The position numbers and the translations under genes were made by a program. Under the pieces are notes generated by a model, which was not told the DNA's origin, made no database searches, and saw nothing but the letters and a program-made list of their open reading frames with translations. From positions 1-45,484 of the forward strand of contig JBFMDD010000018.1 in the NCBI GenBank assembly GCA_040754115.1: a stretch of DNA of 45,484 nt, in the 5' to 3' direction. Below are positions 23,972-33,113 of this stretch, piece by piece (positions within the stretch are counted from its first letter, which is position 1; every line of letters starts with the position of its first letter). This DNA is from a bacterium (GTDB taxonomy: Bacteria > UBA9089 > CG2-30-40-21 > SBAY01).

Positions 23972-24267
23972 TATACTGGACACTGTCATTAACTGAGCTA
24001 TTTAGGGACAGTTTATTTTCATTTTCATCGTTTTTCACGGTGATTTCTTTTGGAAATTGGAAATTAGAAATTGGGGGACGGTTCATTTTCATCGTTTTTC
24101 CTGTGATTTCTTTTGGATTTTAGGAATTGTTCATGGAACGCTGAAATTGGAAATTAAACTTTCACTGCTCTCCCCAATTTCTAATTTCATATCCATTTTT
24201 TAACCGCAAGCTTTCACGCTAAAGTGAACCGTTTCTAAAATCGCAATTTGTAACGGTGTTGAGTATA
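23972..24267 (+). mobile_element. MITE family B copy with an internal partial duplication (296 bp)
   Basis: The termini TATACTGGACACTGTC ... GGTGTTGAGTATA are as in the other copies. The segment GGGACGGTT.ATTTTCATCGTTTTTC..GTGATTTCTTTTGGA occurs twice. Confidence 0.75.
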
Positions 24268-24323
24268 ATTATTTTTCGTGTAATTCGTGTCATTCGTGGT
24301 TCAAAAGTATTTTCAGGAGAATT

Positions 24324-25805
24324 ATGTATTATCCAACTAAAGAAGAATTCAAGCAAAAGGCAAAGCAGGGTAATTTGATACCTGTTTATAAAGAGATTTT
24401 AGGTGATTTAGAGACACCTGTTTCTGCATTTTATAAGATTAGTCAAGGTGGAAAATATGGCTATCTTTTAGAGAGTGTAGAAAAGGGAGAAAAATTAGGC
24501 AGATACTCGTTTTTAGGCGCTTCTCCTTCCATAATATTCAAATCCAAAGGTAGCCAGGGAGTGATTATCAAAGATGGGAAAGAAGAAATCTTCAATGTGG
24601 CTAATGACCCATTAATTCAACTTAAAAAATTAATGAGTCAATTTAAACCCGTTAAGGTAGATGGCTTACCAAGATTTTATGGAGGAGCAGTAGGCTACCT
24701 GAGTTATGATTATGTCAGGTTTATAGAAGAGTTGCCTGATAAAAATCCAGATAACCTTAATTTACCAGATACATTCTTTGTTATTACTGACACAATTCTT
24801 ATCTTTGACCATCTACTTCAAACCATAAAAGTAGTTTCAAATGCTTATGTAGATAAAGACCCAGATTTAGCTTATGAAAAAGCAATAGAACAAATTGAAG
24901 GGATAATCACTAAATTACGGCAATCGATACCAGTTCGAAATTCGAAATTCGAAATTCGAAATTCGAAATTCCCATTCCAATCTAACTTTACCAAAAATGG
25001 ATTTGAGAAAATAGTAAAAGGTGCAAAGGAATATATCAAAGCGGGAGATATAATTCAGGTTGTTCTTTCGCAAAGACTTACTGGAAAGATTCATTCAGAG
25101 CCGTTGACTGTATATCGGGCGTTAAGAAGAATAAATCCTTCGCCGTATATGTTTTATCTAAAATATGATGAGGTAAATATTGTCGGTTCTTCTCCAGAAC
25201 TTTTAGTAAGATTAGAAGAAGGAGAGGTAGAAACCCGGCCTATTGCAGGGACAAAGCCTCGTGGCATCAATGAAAAAGCAGATGATAAGTACGCTAAAGA
25301 GTTGTTAGCAGACCCAAAGGAAAATGCAGAACATATCATGTTAGTTGACCTGGGTCGCAATGATATTGGGAGGGTGTGTGAGTATAAATCAATTCATCTG
25401 CCTGAATTTATGGTTATAGAGAAATACTCACATGTAATGCACATTGTTACCTCAGTAAAAGGGAAACTCCTACCTCAATATGATGCCTTTAGTTTAATAA
25501 GAGCTTGTTTCCCCGCAGGAACAGTTACGGGTGCTCCTAAAGTGAGGGCTATGGAGATAATCAATGAATTTGAACCTGAACGAAGAGGCCCTTATGCTGG
25601 ATGTGTGGGCTATTTTAGCTTCTCAGGTAATTTAGATACCTGTATTACTATTAGAACTATTGTTATTAAAGATGGTAAAGCCTACCTGCAAGCTGGAGCA
25701 GGAATTGTGGCAGATTCTAACCCAGAAACTGAATATTATGAGACGATGAATAAACTTAAATGCTTAATTGATGCTGTTGAATTAGCAGAGAAAGGACTAC
25801 AATAG
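24324..25805 (+). CDS. trpE: Anthranilate synthase component I TrpE
   Basis: LLESVEKGEKLGRYSF, AGDIIQVVLSQR, INPSPYMFYL, RPIAGT, GTVTGAPKVRAMEII and AGAGIVADS motifs. AGGAGA RBS. No trpG or trpD follows. Confidence 0.93.
   Translation: MYYPTKEEFKQKAKQGNLIPVYKEILGDLETPVSAFYKISQGGKYGYLLESVEKGEKLGRYSFLGASPSIIFKSKGSQGVIIKDGKEEIFNVANDPLIQLKKLMSQFKPVKVDGLPRFYGGAVGYLSYDYVRFIEELPDKNPDNLNLPDTFFVITDTILIFDHLLQTIKVVSNAYVDKDPDLAYEKAIEQIEGIITKLRQSIPVRNSKFEIRNSKFPFQSNFTKNGFEKIVKGAKEYIKAGDIIQVVLSQRLTGKIHSEPLTVYRALRRINPSPYMFYLKYDEVNIVGSSPELLVRLEEGEVETRPIAGTKPRGINEKADDKYAKELLADPKENAEHIMLVDLGRNDIGRVCEYKSIHLPEFMVIEKYSHVMHIVTSVKGKLLPQYDAFSLIRACFPAGTVTGAPKVRAMEIINEFEPERRGPYAGCVGYFSFSGNLDTCITIRTIVIKDGKAYLQAGAGIVADSNPETEYYETMNKLKCLIDAVELAEKGLQ
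24934..24968 (+). repeat. Heptanucleotide array (TTCGAAA x5) in frame inside trpE
   Basis: Counted directly. It is translated as VRNSKFEIRNSKF, in the linker preceding the conserved ...KEYIKAGDIIQVVLSQR block. Confidence 0.92.
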
Positions 25806-25862
25806 ATTTTGGATTGTGGATTTGATAAATTTGAAATTTATACAAGGAGGTTTTATTGAATT

Positions 25863-26207
25863 ATGGAGACTTTATTGAAAGTGGCTATTAAAAAAGAATA
25901 TAAGGATATTTTGGAATCTTTGGGAGATTTTCAAGGAGTGGTCAATAACGCTTTAAGAAGATATGTATTAGATATAGGCAGTGAGCGAGTTGAAAAATGT
26001 GAGATAGAAATTAAAAAATTAGAAGGAAAGTATCATTGTTCATTTAAAACATTTCTTTCTAAAGTAGGTACAGATAAAGATATTACATTCCTACAACAAT
26101 TAGAAGAAAAATATCCTATGTGGGAAAGCGATTTTAACCTATGGGAAACCTATATCACGGAGTTGAATAAATGGAAGGAAAAGATGAGTATTATTTTGAA
26201 AGGTTAA
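25863..26207 (+). CDS. Hypothetical protein, possible antitoxin partner of the downstream DUF6516-like gene
   Basis: 114-aa ORF with a GGAGG RBS. Its stop overlaps the next start (TAATG). No motif recognised. Confidence 0.45.
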   Translation: METLLKVAIKKEYKDILESLGDFQGVVNNALRRYVLDIGSERVEKCEIEIKKLEGKYHCSFKTFLSKVGTDKDITFLQQLEEKYPMWESDFNLWETYITELNKWKEKMSIILKG

Positions 26208-26584
26208 TGAATTTAATCTACCAAAAGTTTGAAGAAGTGGTAATCATTAGAAAGGATATTACCCCTCAAGTCTTTATATTAGAAGTAAATTGTATCTATA
26301 AATCATATAGAGTAGTAATATCTGAAATAGTTGATTTAATGGGTAGAAAATATGCATTTTATATCCTAAAGGATAATTCAATAATTGTAGGATTTGATAA
26401 TTCACCAGATTATAGAGCTATAAAATTAAAATACGAAGAATATTTCAAACATCACTATTATGAAAGAGTTCCTCATCAGCATACATCTAAAAAGAAAGGA
26501 ATTTATCTAACAAAAGATATGAGAGTAGAAGATTTTATAGAGTGGTTAGAACAAGAATTAGAAAACTATCTTAAAACTTGTTAG
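26207..26584 (+). CDS. DUF6516 / TumE-like toxin-antitoxin family protein (tentative)
   Basis: KYAFYILKDNSIIVGFDNSPDYRA....VPHQHTSKKKG resembles the DUF6516 pattern (..rYDNaPHh...PhHkH..). ATG 26207 forms a TAATG overlap with the upstream gene. An alternative start is 26171. Confidence 0.4.
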   Translation: MNLIYQKFEEVVIIRKDITPQVFILEVNCIYKSYRVVISEIVDLMGRKYAFYILKDNSIIVGFDNSPDYRAIKLKYEEYFKHHYYERVPHQHTSKKKGIYLTKDMRVEDFIEWLEQELENYLKTC

Positions 26585-26611
26585 ATATAGGTATAAGAAA
26601 GGACTGTAATA

Positions 26612-28231
26612 ATGGAAACAGAGAATACCGATATAGCAAAAAAGGTAGCTGAATTAACTGTCTTAACTAAGACCAGCAGTATTATTAATTCTACGCTCGA
26701 CCTACAAAAATTACTAAAGATAGTTATGAAATTAGTTACAGAGGTACTCCAAGTAGAATCATCCTCTTTAATGCTTTTAGATAAGGAAAAGGATGAGCTT
26801 GTCTTTGAAGTAGCCTTAGGTGAAAAGGGTAAAGAGGTAAAAAGGATTACATTTCCCGCGGATAAAGGAATTGCAGGTTGGGTACTTAAAAATCGGAAAT
26901 CGTCTTTAGTTCATGATGTGAGTAAAGATCCACGATTTTACTCAAGGATTGATATAGATACGCATTACCAAACTAAATCTTTATTATGTGTCCCATTGAA
27001 GATTAAACAGCGGGTAATTGGCGTATTGGAGGCAATCAATAAGATTGATGGGAATTTTGAACAAGGAGATGTAGATTTACTTAATGCGATTGCCAATCAA
27101 GTTGCCATTGCCATTGAAAATGCACAGTTGTATAAAAAACTTGAGCAAAAAGTAGAGTTGGCTAATAAGGAATTAATTCATGAGAAAGATAAAATCAAGG
27201 CAATTATTGAAGGGATGGAAGACGGTGTCTTTGCTACTGATAAGACTTTAAAGGTTATTTTATTGAATCATAAAGCCAAAGAATTGTTAGGAGAATGTAT
27301 TGGTCGCTCACTTAAGGATTTAATTAAGGATGAGGAGTTTATTCAAGCATATCAAGATGCGGTAGTGAAGGGTAGGGGAATAGAAAAGGAGATTGAGTTT
27401 GATTTACAACAAATATATGCGGTTATTATTACACCAGTTAAAGAAAAAGAAGAAGTAATTGGTCAGGTAGCGGTAATGCGAAATATTACGAAACAAAAAG
27501 AGATGGAACGACTAAAATCTAATTTTCTATCCGTAGTATCCCATGAATTGAAAACACCACTTACCTCTATCAAATCCTTTTCAGAGATGCTGGTAGAAGA
27601 TGATTTGGATAGCAATACACAACAAGAATTTGTGCAGATTATTAATGAGGAGTCAGATAGGCTTGTTCAACTATTAGAAGATTTATTGACTGTCTCTAAA
27701 CTTGATTTAGGTAAAAGGAAAATTAACAAACAATCCATAAATACAAAAGATTTATTAGAAGGAATTCATCTACGATTTAAAGCATTAGCTAATAAAAATG
27801 GTGTAACAATAAGTTTTGACATTTGTGATGATTGTCAACAGATAATAGCTGATAAAGATTCTATTAACCAGATTATTATAAATTTACTCTCAAATGCAAT
27901 TAAATACTCTCCTAAAGGTGGTAAGGTAAAAATAGAGGTAAAGAAAATAGAGTATGAAAAACTACCTGATTTTATAAAACACCAGTTGCGACCAATTCAA
28001 TATGTACTTATCTCTATTGCGGATACTGGGATTGGAATTTCAAAGGATGAGATGAGACATCTTTTTATAGACGAATTCTTTAGATCAGATAGAAAAGAGG
28101 TACGTGAGATTAGTGGAACGGGTCTTGGATTAACCATTGTCAAGAGATTAGTAGAGCAACATAGAGGAGCGGTTTTTGCAGAAAGTAAATTAGGCAAAGG
28201 GAGTAAATTTTCAGTTCTCCTGCCAAGTTAG
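26612..28231 (+). CDS. Cytoplasmic GAF-PAS sensor histidine kinase
   Basis: 539 aa with no TM segment. A GAF-like N-terminus (..GIAGWVLKNRKSSLVHDVSKDPRF..), a PAS-like segment, H-box FLSVVSHELKTPLT, N-box LLSNAIKYSP, and DTGIGI / GTGLGLTIV. Confidence 0.88.
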   Translation: METENTDIAKKVAELTVLTKTSSIINSTLDLQKLLKIVMKLVTEVLQVESSSLMLLDKEKDELVFEVALGEKGKEVKRITFPADKGIAGWVLKNRKSSLVHDVSKDPRFYSRIDIDTHYQTKSLLCVPLKIKQRVIGVLEAINKIDGNFEQGDVDLLNAIANQVAIAIENAQLYKKLEQKVELANKELIHEKDKIKAIIEGMEDGVFATDKTLKVILLNHKAKELLGECIGRSLKDLIKDEEFIQAYQDAVVKGRGIEKEIEFDLQQIYAVIITPVKEKEEVIGQVAVMRNITKQKEMERLKSNFLSVVSHELKTPLTSIKSFSEMLVEDDLDSNTQQEFVQIINEESDRLVQLLEDLLTVSKLDLGKRKINKQSINTKDLLEGIHLRFKALANKNGVTISFDICDDCQQIIADKDSINQIIINLLSNAIKYSPKGGKVKIEVKKIEYEKLPDFIKHQLRPIQYVLISIADTGIGISKDEMRHLFIDEFFRSDRKEVREISGTGLGLTIVKRLVEQHRGAVFAESKLGKGSKFSVLLPS

Positions 28232-28293
28232 ACACTCATAGCTCAATGCAAAGATATTACCAAATTCCTCCAACTCTTTGAAAAACACTATCC

Positions 28294-29910
28294 TTATGTT
28301 TTAAGCCGTGCGATGTGCCCTCTACCCATACCTTTTACCACACAATCTAATTGCAGGTATTCCTTAATTTTTGCATCTGAGAGGATACCAAAACAATCAA
28401 CTATTGCTATAGGTTTACCAGCCATCTTGACTAAATTTTTAGGAGTGATTTTAAGATAATGTTTGTGTCGCACAGCAAATATCACCCCATCTGCATCTTT
28501 AATAGCTGATTTTAGGTCTTGTTGAACTTTGAGGTTGTTGAGTTCATCCTGATTTTTGAAAAAGCGTGCCAATGAATGACCTGGTGATGGGTATGTATCT
28601 TGCTTTTCAAATTCCCACCAGTGTTGAATATATGGGTCATGGACGGATATTTTAGCACCCATTTCTGTAAGTTTGCGGACAATAAGTTCTGAGCCGCTAT
28701 ATCGTGTATCACCTACATCCTCACGATATGCCGCACCCAATAGTAGAATTTTTGCATTGCGTAGTTTTTTGCCCATTTCTTTTATTGCATCCTGCATCAG
28801 CTCAGCAACATGTAATGACCGTGTATCGTTGATATTGATAGCTAAATGTGTGATTTTGAAAATATCATCTTTAAATTTTAGGATATTTTTGTATGCCCAG
28901 ATGCCTAAAGCCCCATCTTTTGGCAGGCAATAACCACCAATTCCTGGGCCTGGAAAGATAATGTTACTGTGTGTTGGGCGGACTTTTATTGCTTCAATTA
29001 CCTTGATCAAGTCTATCCCATTTCGTTCTGCAAACAAGCTCCACTCATCTAAAAATGCTAAGATAGTAGCACGAAAGCTGTTTTCAATGATTTTTGTAGT
29101 CTCTGATTCAATTGGTCTATCTAAAACGGTTAATGGGTATTCGTCAGTATTCAACACCTCACCCAGAAATTTAACTACTCGTTTTTTACTTTCTTGATTT
29201 ATTCCACTGCATACTCGCCAGAAATCACGGATTGAGCTAACATAATTTCGACCTGGCATAACCCTCTCAAATGAATGAGCTAATAACGGCTCTATTTTGA
29301 TTTTACGCTTTTTGAATTCCTCTTTTAGTATTGGGTAGGCAACAAACTCAGTTGTTCCTGGAGCTACTGTTGTTTCTATCAAAACCAATGCATTAGGATT
29401 CATCTTTTCACCAATGACTTTTAACGACTTTTCTAATGCTGCCATATCAACATATCCTGTTGAAATATCACCAATAGATTCCTTTACATAGTCACATTGT
29501 ACATCTACCACGATTACATCAGCTAATGTGAATGCATATCCTGTGAATGTAGCAATCAATGTTCCTTTATCCTTCACACAGCGTCGAATCATTGGTGCTA
29601 CTTCCGGGTCTTCTGCTTTGACCGGGGCTATCCCTCGATTAAGATAAATGATTTTCCAATATGAGCGAACAGAAGGGCGCTGCATACCAATAACAAACTT
29701 TTTAGGCTTTTGTGTCTTTTTATCCACGCTGTCTGCAATTACACCCGCCATCACCGCTCCTACAAAACCAATTCCTACCACTACCACGATTTCATATCCT
29801 TCTTTTTTCTTTTGACTTACTATTTCGTCTAACCGCTTATATTCATCTCTATAATCATCTGATGTTGGAAGTGGAAACTTCTCACCATCTGGACTTATTG
29901 AATACTCCAT
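28294..29910 (-). CDS. Nucleotide-sugar dehydrogenase (UDP-glucose / GDP-mannose dehydrogenase family), long form
   Basis: VVVGIGFVGAVMAGVIA Rossmann motif, catalytic-Cys motif GGYCLPKD, and a C-terminal UDPG_MGDP_dh-like region (LLGAAYREDVGDTRYS). At 538 aa it is longer than typical family members. Confidence 0.85.
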   Translation of the reverse strand: MEYSISPDGEKFPLPTSDDYRDEYKRLDEIVSQKKKEGYEIVVVVGIGFVGAVMAGVIADSVDKKTQKPKKFVIGMQRPSVRSYWKIIYLNRGIAPVKAEDPEVAPMIRRCVKDKGTLIATFTGYAFTLADVIVVDVQCDYVKESIGDISTGYVDMAALEKSLKVIGEKMNPNALVLIETTVAPGTTEFVAYPILKEEFKKRKIKIEPLLAHSFERVMPGRNYVSSIRDFWRVCSGINQESKKRVVKFLGEVLNTDEYPLTVLDRPIESETTKIIENSFRATILAFLDEWSLFAERNGIDLIKVIEAIKVRPTHSNIIFPGPGIGGYCLPKDGALGIWAYKNILKFKDDIFKITHLAININDTRSLHVAELMQDAIKEMGKKLRNAKILLLGAAYREDVGDTRYSGSELIVRKLTEMGAKISVHDPYIQHWWEFEKQDTYPSPGHSLARFFKNQDELNNLKVQQDLKSAIKDADGVIFAVRHKHYLKITPKNLVKMAGKPIAIVDCFGILSDAKIKEYLQLDCVVKGMGRGHIARLKT

Positions 29911-29983
29911 TATTTTATTTTATCTCCTTTTTGTCATAGATAAATAGTAGAAAGTAGAGAGCTTTTTCTTTCTACCCCCGTTT

Positions 29984-30012
29984 ATTTTACACATATTGGT
30001 AATCTTTGTCAA
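29984..30012 (-). promoter_or_regulatory. Promoter candidate for the nucleotide-sugar dehydrogenase gene (TTGACA - 17 nt - TAAAAT on the minus strand)
   Basis: On the minus strand, -35 at 30007-30012 and -10 at 29984-29989. Confidence 0.45.
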
Positions 30013-30055
30013 GATTTTTTTAAGAGGGTGTGTTGAAAAAGTCATTTTTTGAAGC

Positions 30056-30233
30056 CTCTCGGATAAAAATAAGGTTCAAGGTTCAAGGAGAAAGGAACAA
30101 GGTAGAGTAACCTTGTTCCTTGCACCTTGATCCTTGATCCTTGATCCTTGATCCTTGATCCTTCAGTGGGGGTGAAGAAGGAATTATCTGCTCGGAAAGG
30201 CTAATAAAATCAACCCTCAATTTTATCCGAGAG
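30056..30233. repeat. Hairpin / MITE-like element with terminal inverted repeats (CTCTCGGATAAAAAT / AATTTTATCCGAGAG) and opposed heptamer arms
   Basis: The 5' arm is (GGTTCAA)-type and the 3' arm is (CCTTGAT)x5. The central perfect stem is AAGGAACAAGGT-agagta-ACCTTGTTCCTT. The arms are complementary except for one periodic mismatch per heptamer. Confidence 0.7.
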
Positions 30234-30521
30234 CGTTCTTTTTAGGAAAGGGGGTAGTTTTTGGGGGTGAATTTTCTAAAAACTGCAAAACCGCCTATCT
30301 CTTTGAATTTGAACATCTCCTTTTTATCCTTACTTTTTATTTTTCTTAATCTTTCTTTTCCCTCATCTCTCCTTTGAAGACTAACTAAAGAAAAAATAGG
30401 TAACTTCATAAAATAAGTAAGAGAACAATTCTTATGCAGATACTCTGGAGCATCAAGACTTACCACCAATATATCCTCATCAACAAATAAAATTATTCCA
30501 TCTATACTCCAGTGGGGTATA

Positions 30522-30658
30522 AATTGTGATTATTTAAAGTAATCGGTAATCAGGTAATCAGTATAATCGGTAATTTGAGATAGCAGGCTACTGCTTGCTC
30601 TTTACCGATAACCTGATAACCGATAACCTGAGTTGATAGTAACAGGAAATCACAAAAT
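30522..30658. repeat. Hairpin / MITE-like element with terminal inverted repeats (AATTGTGATT / AATCACAAAAT) and opposed (GGTAATC)n / (GATAACC)n arms
   Basis: Read directly: AATCGGTAATCAGGTAATCAGTATAATCGGTAA ... TTACCGATAACCTGATAACCGATAACC. Confidence 0.65.
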
Positions 30659-30758
30659 ATGCCTCTCTAAAGTATAATTACCCAATTACCTGGTTACCAA
30701 TTGAGTGAGCCTAAAGCTTTCACACTAAAGTAAACCATCAAGATATTTTGAATAAAAA

Positions 30759-31868
30759 TCAGTGATTATGAGGAAGTTTACCATCAATCAGAATAAATTT
30801 GGCTGCTCTTTTTATTACCACCCCTACCTTTTTTAATTCATCTAAGGTATGAAATTTATTCTTACTTTTTATAATTCGAGCCGCAGAGATGGGACCAATA
30901 CCCGGTACTCTAAGCAATTCCTCTTTAGATGCTTTATTTATCTCTATTGGAAATTTATCCATATTGGTTAGAGCAAAAACCATCTTAGGGTCTAAATTTA
31001 GTGGTAAATTCCCTCCTTCATCAAATTTTAGCTCGTCAAATTTAAACCCATAGCGTCTTAGCAAAAAATCTGCTTGATATAGTCTATGCTCACGCATTAA
31101 AGGAGTTGGTGGATGTGATTCCAATGGTGTATTTTCTATTGGCTGGAAAGCAGAAAAGTAAGTTCTGGCTAAATTTAAATTTTTATAAAGCCAGTCAGTA
31201 GTCTTTAATAGCTCATAATCACTCTCATCACTTGCTCCCACAACAAATTGAGTAGTTTGAGAAACCCTAAGATTTTCTGTAGAAATAATCTTATCTATCC
31301 ATTTCATCCTTTGATAAATATCATTTTTAATATCTTTATTACTAATCTTACTTAATCCTTTTTGAGTAGGTGATTCGAGGTTTAGTGATACTCTATTAGC
31401 TAATTGAGTAGCCCGTTCTACATAGCTAAAATTTGCTCCTGGTAATATCTTAAGATGAATATATCCTTTAAATCTGTATCTCTTTCTTAAAATTTCGACC
31501 ACCTTGATCATTTTTCCCATAGTTTGATTAATACCCCAGGCAACCCCAGAACTTAAGAAAAGCCCATGAACAGAGCGATTGCGGTACAATTCTATAAATA
31601 ATTTCACCAACTCCTCTGGCTCAAAACTTACCCTTGCAAAATCGCGTCCACATCTATTGATACAATACTTACAATCATTCTCACATTCATTACTTAAAAG
31701 TACCTTTAAAAGGAATGTAGTCTTACCATCTGGCAAAGAGGCAGGATAAATCCATCTATTAACAGGGTCCTTTGGGTCTTTAGCCCTTCCACCAGCAATA
31801 CAAGAGGATAAACAAATATCATATTTAGCCGCATCACCTAAAATTTTAGCCTTCTCAAAAATACCCAT
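30759..31868 (-). CDS. Radical SAM protein of the putative DNA modification/repair type, with a C-terminal helix-hairpin-helix
   Basis: N-terminus MGIFEKAKILGDAAKYDICLSSC, radical-SAM cluster CENDCKYCINRC, and a C-terminal HhH (LLRVPGIGPISAARII). I prefer ATG 31868 over 31895. Confidence 0.75.
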   Translation of the reverse strand: MGIFEKAKILGDAAKYDICLSSCIAGGRAKDPKDPVNRWIYPASLPDGKTTFLLKVLLSNECENDCKYCINRCGRDFARVSFEPEELVKLFIELYRNRSVHGLFLSSGVAWGINQTMGKMIKVVEILRKRYRFKGYIHLKILPGANFSYVERATQLANRVSLNLESPTQKGLSKISNKDIKNDIYQRMKWIDKIISTENLRVSQTTQFVVGASDESDYELLKTTDWLYKNLNLARTYFSAFQPIENTPLESHPPTPLMREHRLYQADFLLRRYGFKFDELKFDEGGNLPLNLDPKMVFALTNMDKFPIEINKASKEELLRVPGIGPISAARIIKSKNKFHTLDELKKVGVVIKRAAKFILIDGKLPHNH

Positions 31869-31909
31869 AATTTTAATCCTTACCTTTGTTATCACTGGTA
31901 AATTTTTAT

Positions 31910-31965
31910 CTCTCTACTCTCTACTCTCTACTCTCTACTCTCTACTCTCTACTCTCTACTCTCTA
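31910..31965. repeat. Heptamer array (CTCTCTA x8; TAGAGAG on the coding strand) spanning the stop of the upstream rSAM gene and the gap before the next
   Basis: Counted directly as eight exact units. The stop codon (31949-31951) and the last ~5 codons (..VESRE) of the 31949-33106 ORF lie inside the array. Confidence 0.92.
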
Positions 31966-33106
31966 CTTTACTTGTATCCCATATCCCTGGTATCGATTCC
32001 TTGCAATATGTGCATTTACCATCCTGAATGTTATTCTCAACTACCTTAAACCCAAACCTCTTTATTATTATTTTTGAACAGTGATGACAATAGGTATTTT
32101 CTCCTGAATGACCAGGAACATTACCGATGTAGACATATTTTAATCCTGAAGAAAAAGCTACTTGTCGAAGTGTCTCTAATTTGTGCACCGGTGTTGGAGG
32201 TAAATGTTCTAATTTATAATAAGGGAAAAATCGGGCAAAATGTAATGGAACATCATCCCCTAATTCATTTTTAATCCACTTGCACATCTTTTTGGTTATC
32301 TCTAAATCATCGTTTTTGGTAGCTATTATTAAAGTAGTAATTTCTAAATGTACACCTTCTTCTTTTAATATTTTTAGTGTATTTTTAACCGGCTCAATCC
32401 ATGCTGATGACATTTGATTATAATATTCATCCGTAAAACCTTTCAGGTCAATATTAGCTGCATCTATATATTTACATAATTGCCTCAATGGATTTGGATT
32501 GATGAAACCATTTGAATGATAAGCATTCATCAGTCCCTTTTCTTTTGCTAACATGGCTATATCAAGCATATATTCAAAGAATATAGTTGGTTCTGTATAT
32601 GTAAATCCGATTGAGGGGCATTTCTTAGATAAAGCGGCTTTTACTACCTCCTCATGCCCGATAGGGAAATTCATTGTCTCTTCTGGTTTTGATTGTGAAA
32701 TCTGCCAGTTCTGACAGAACTTACATCGTAAATTACAACCAGCAGTAGCTAATGAGAGAATCTGTGTTCCTGGTAGGAAATGGGAAAGAGGTTTTTTCTC
32801 AATTGGGTCCTGATGTATAGCACATGGATTGCCGTATACAAGAGTGGTTAATTTCCCTTTTTGATTTTCTCTTGCTCCACAAAAACTCCTCTCTCCTTCA
32901 CGAAGAAGACATCTTCGTGGACAGAGTTGACACTGGACTCGCTGATTTCCAAATGATAGATAATACAGTGCCTCTTTGGATGAAATATATCCTTTTTTAC
33001 CTGAAATCTCTTTCCCTTCAGTGGTGTTATGTAAAAAAGGAGTACTCGTTAATGCTAAACTTAATATAGAGATCTTTTTTAAGAACTCCCTACGAGTCAA
33101 TTTCAT
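31949..33106 (-). CDS. AmmeMemoRadiSam-type radical SAM enzyme (AmrS-like) with an N-terminal twin-arginine signal-like sequence
   Basis: GCNLRCKFCQNW (CX3CX2C), a conserved N-terminal CQLCPRRC...FCGAR block and a C-terminal CHHC...CTYC tail. The N-terminus is MKLTRREFLKKISILSLALTS. There is no in-frame ATG between residue 1 and about residue 145. Confidence 0.8.
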   Translation of the reverse strand: MKLTRREFLKKISILSLALTSTPFLHNTTEGKEISGKKGYISSKEALYYLSFGNQRVQCQLCPRRCLLREGERSFCGARENQKGKLTTLVYGNPCAIHQDPIEKKPLSHFLPGTQILSLATAGCNLRCKFCQNWQISQSKPEETMNFPIGHEEVVKAALSKKCPSIGFTYTEPTIFFEYMLDIAMLAKEKGLMNAYHSNGFINPNPLRQLCKYIDAANIDLKGFTDEYYNQMSSAWIEPVKNTLKILKEEGVHLEITTLIIATKNDDLEITKKMCKWIKNELGDDVPLHFARFFPYYKLEHLPPTPVHKLETLRQVAFSSGLKYVYIGNVPGHSGENTYCHHCSKIIIKRFGFKVVENNIQDGKCTYCKESIPGIWDTSKVESRE

Positions 33107-33113
33107 GTAAACC

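Noticed and set aside
30242-30469. 75-aa minus-strand ORF between repeat elements
   Set aside because: The open frame extends upstream without an ATG. No motif was recognised and it is flanked by hairpin repeats. It may be a gene remnant, but the evidence is too weak to call.
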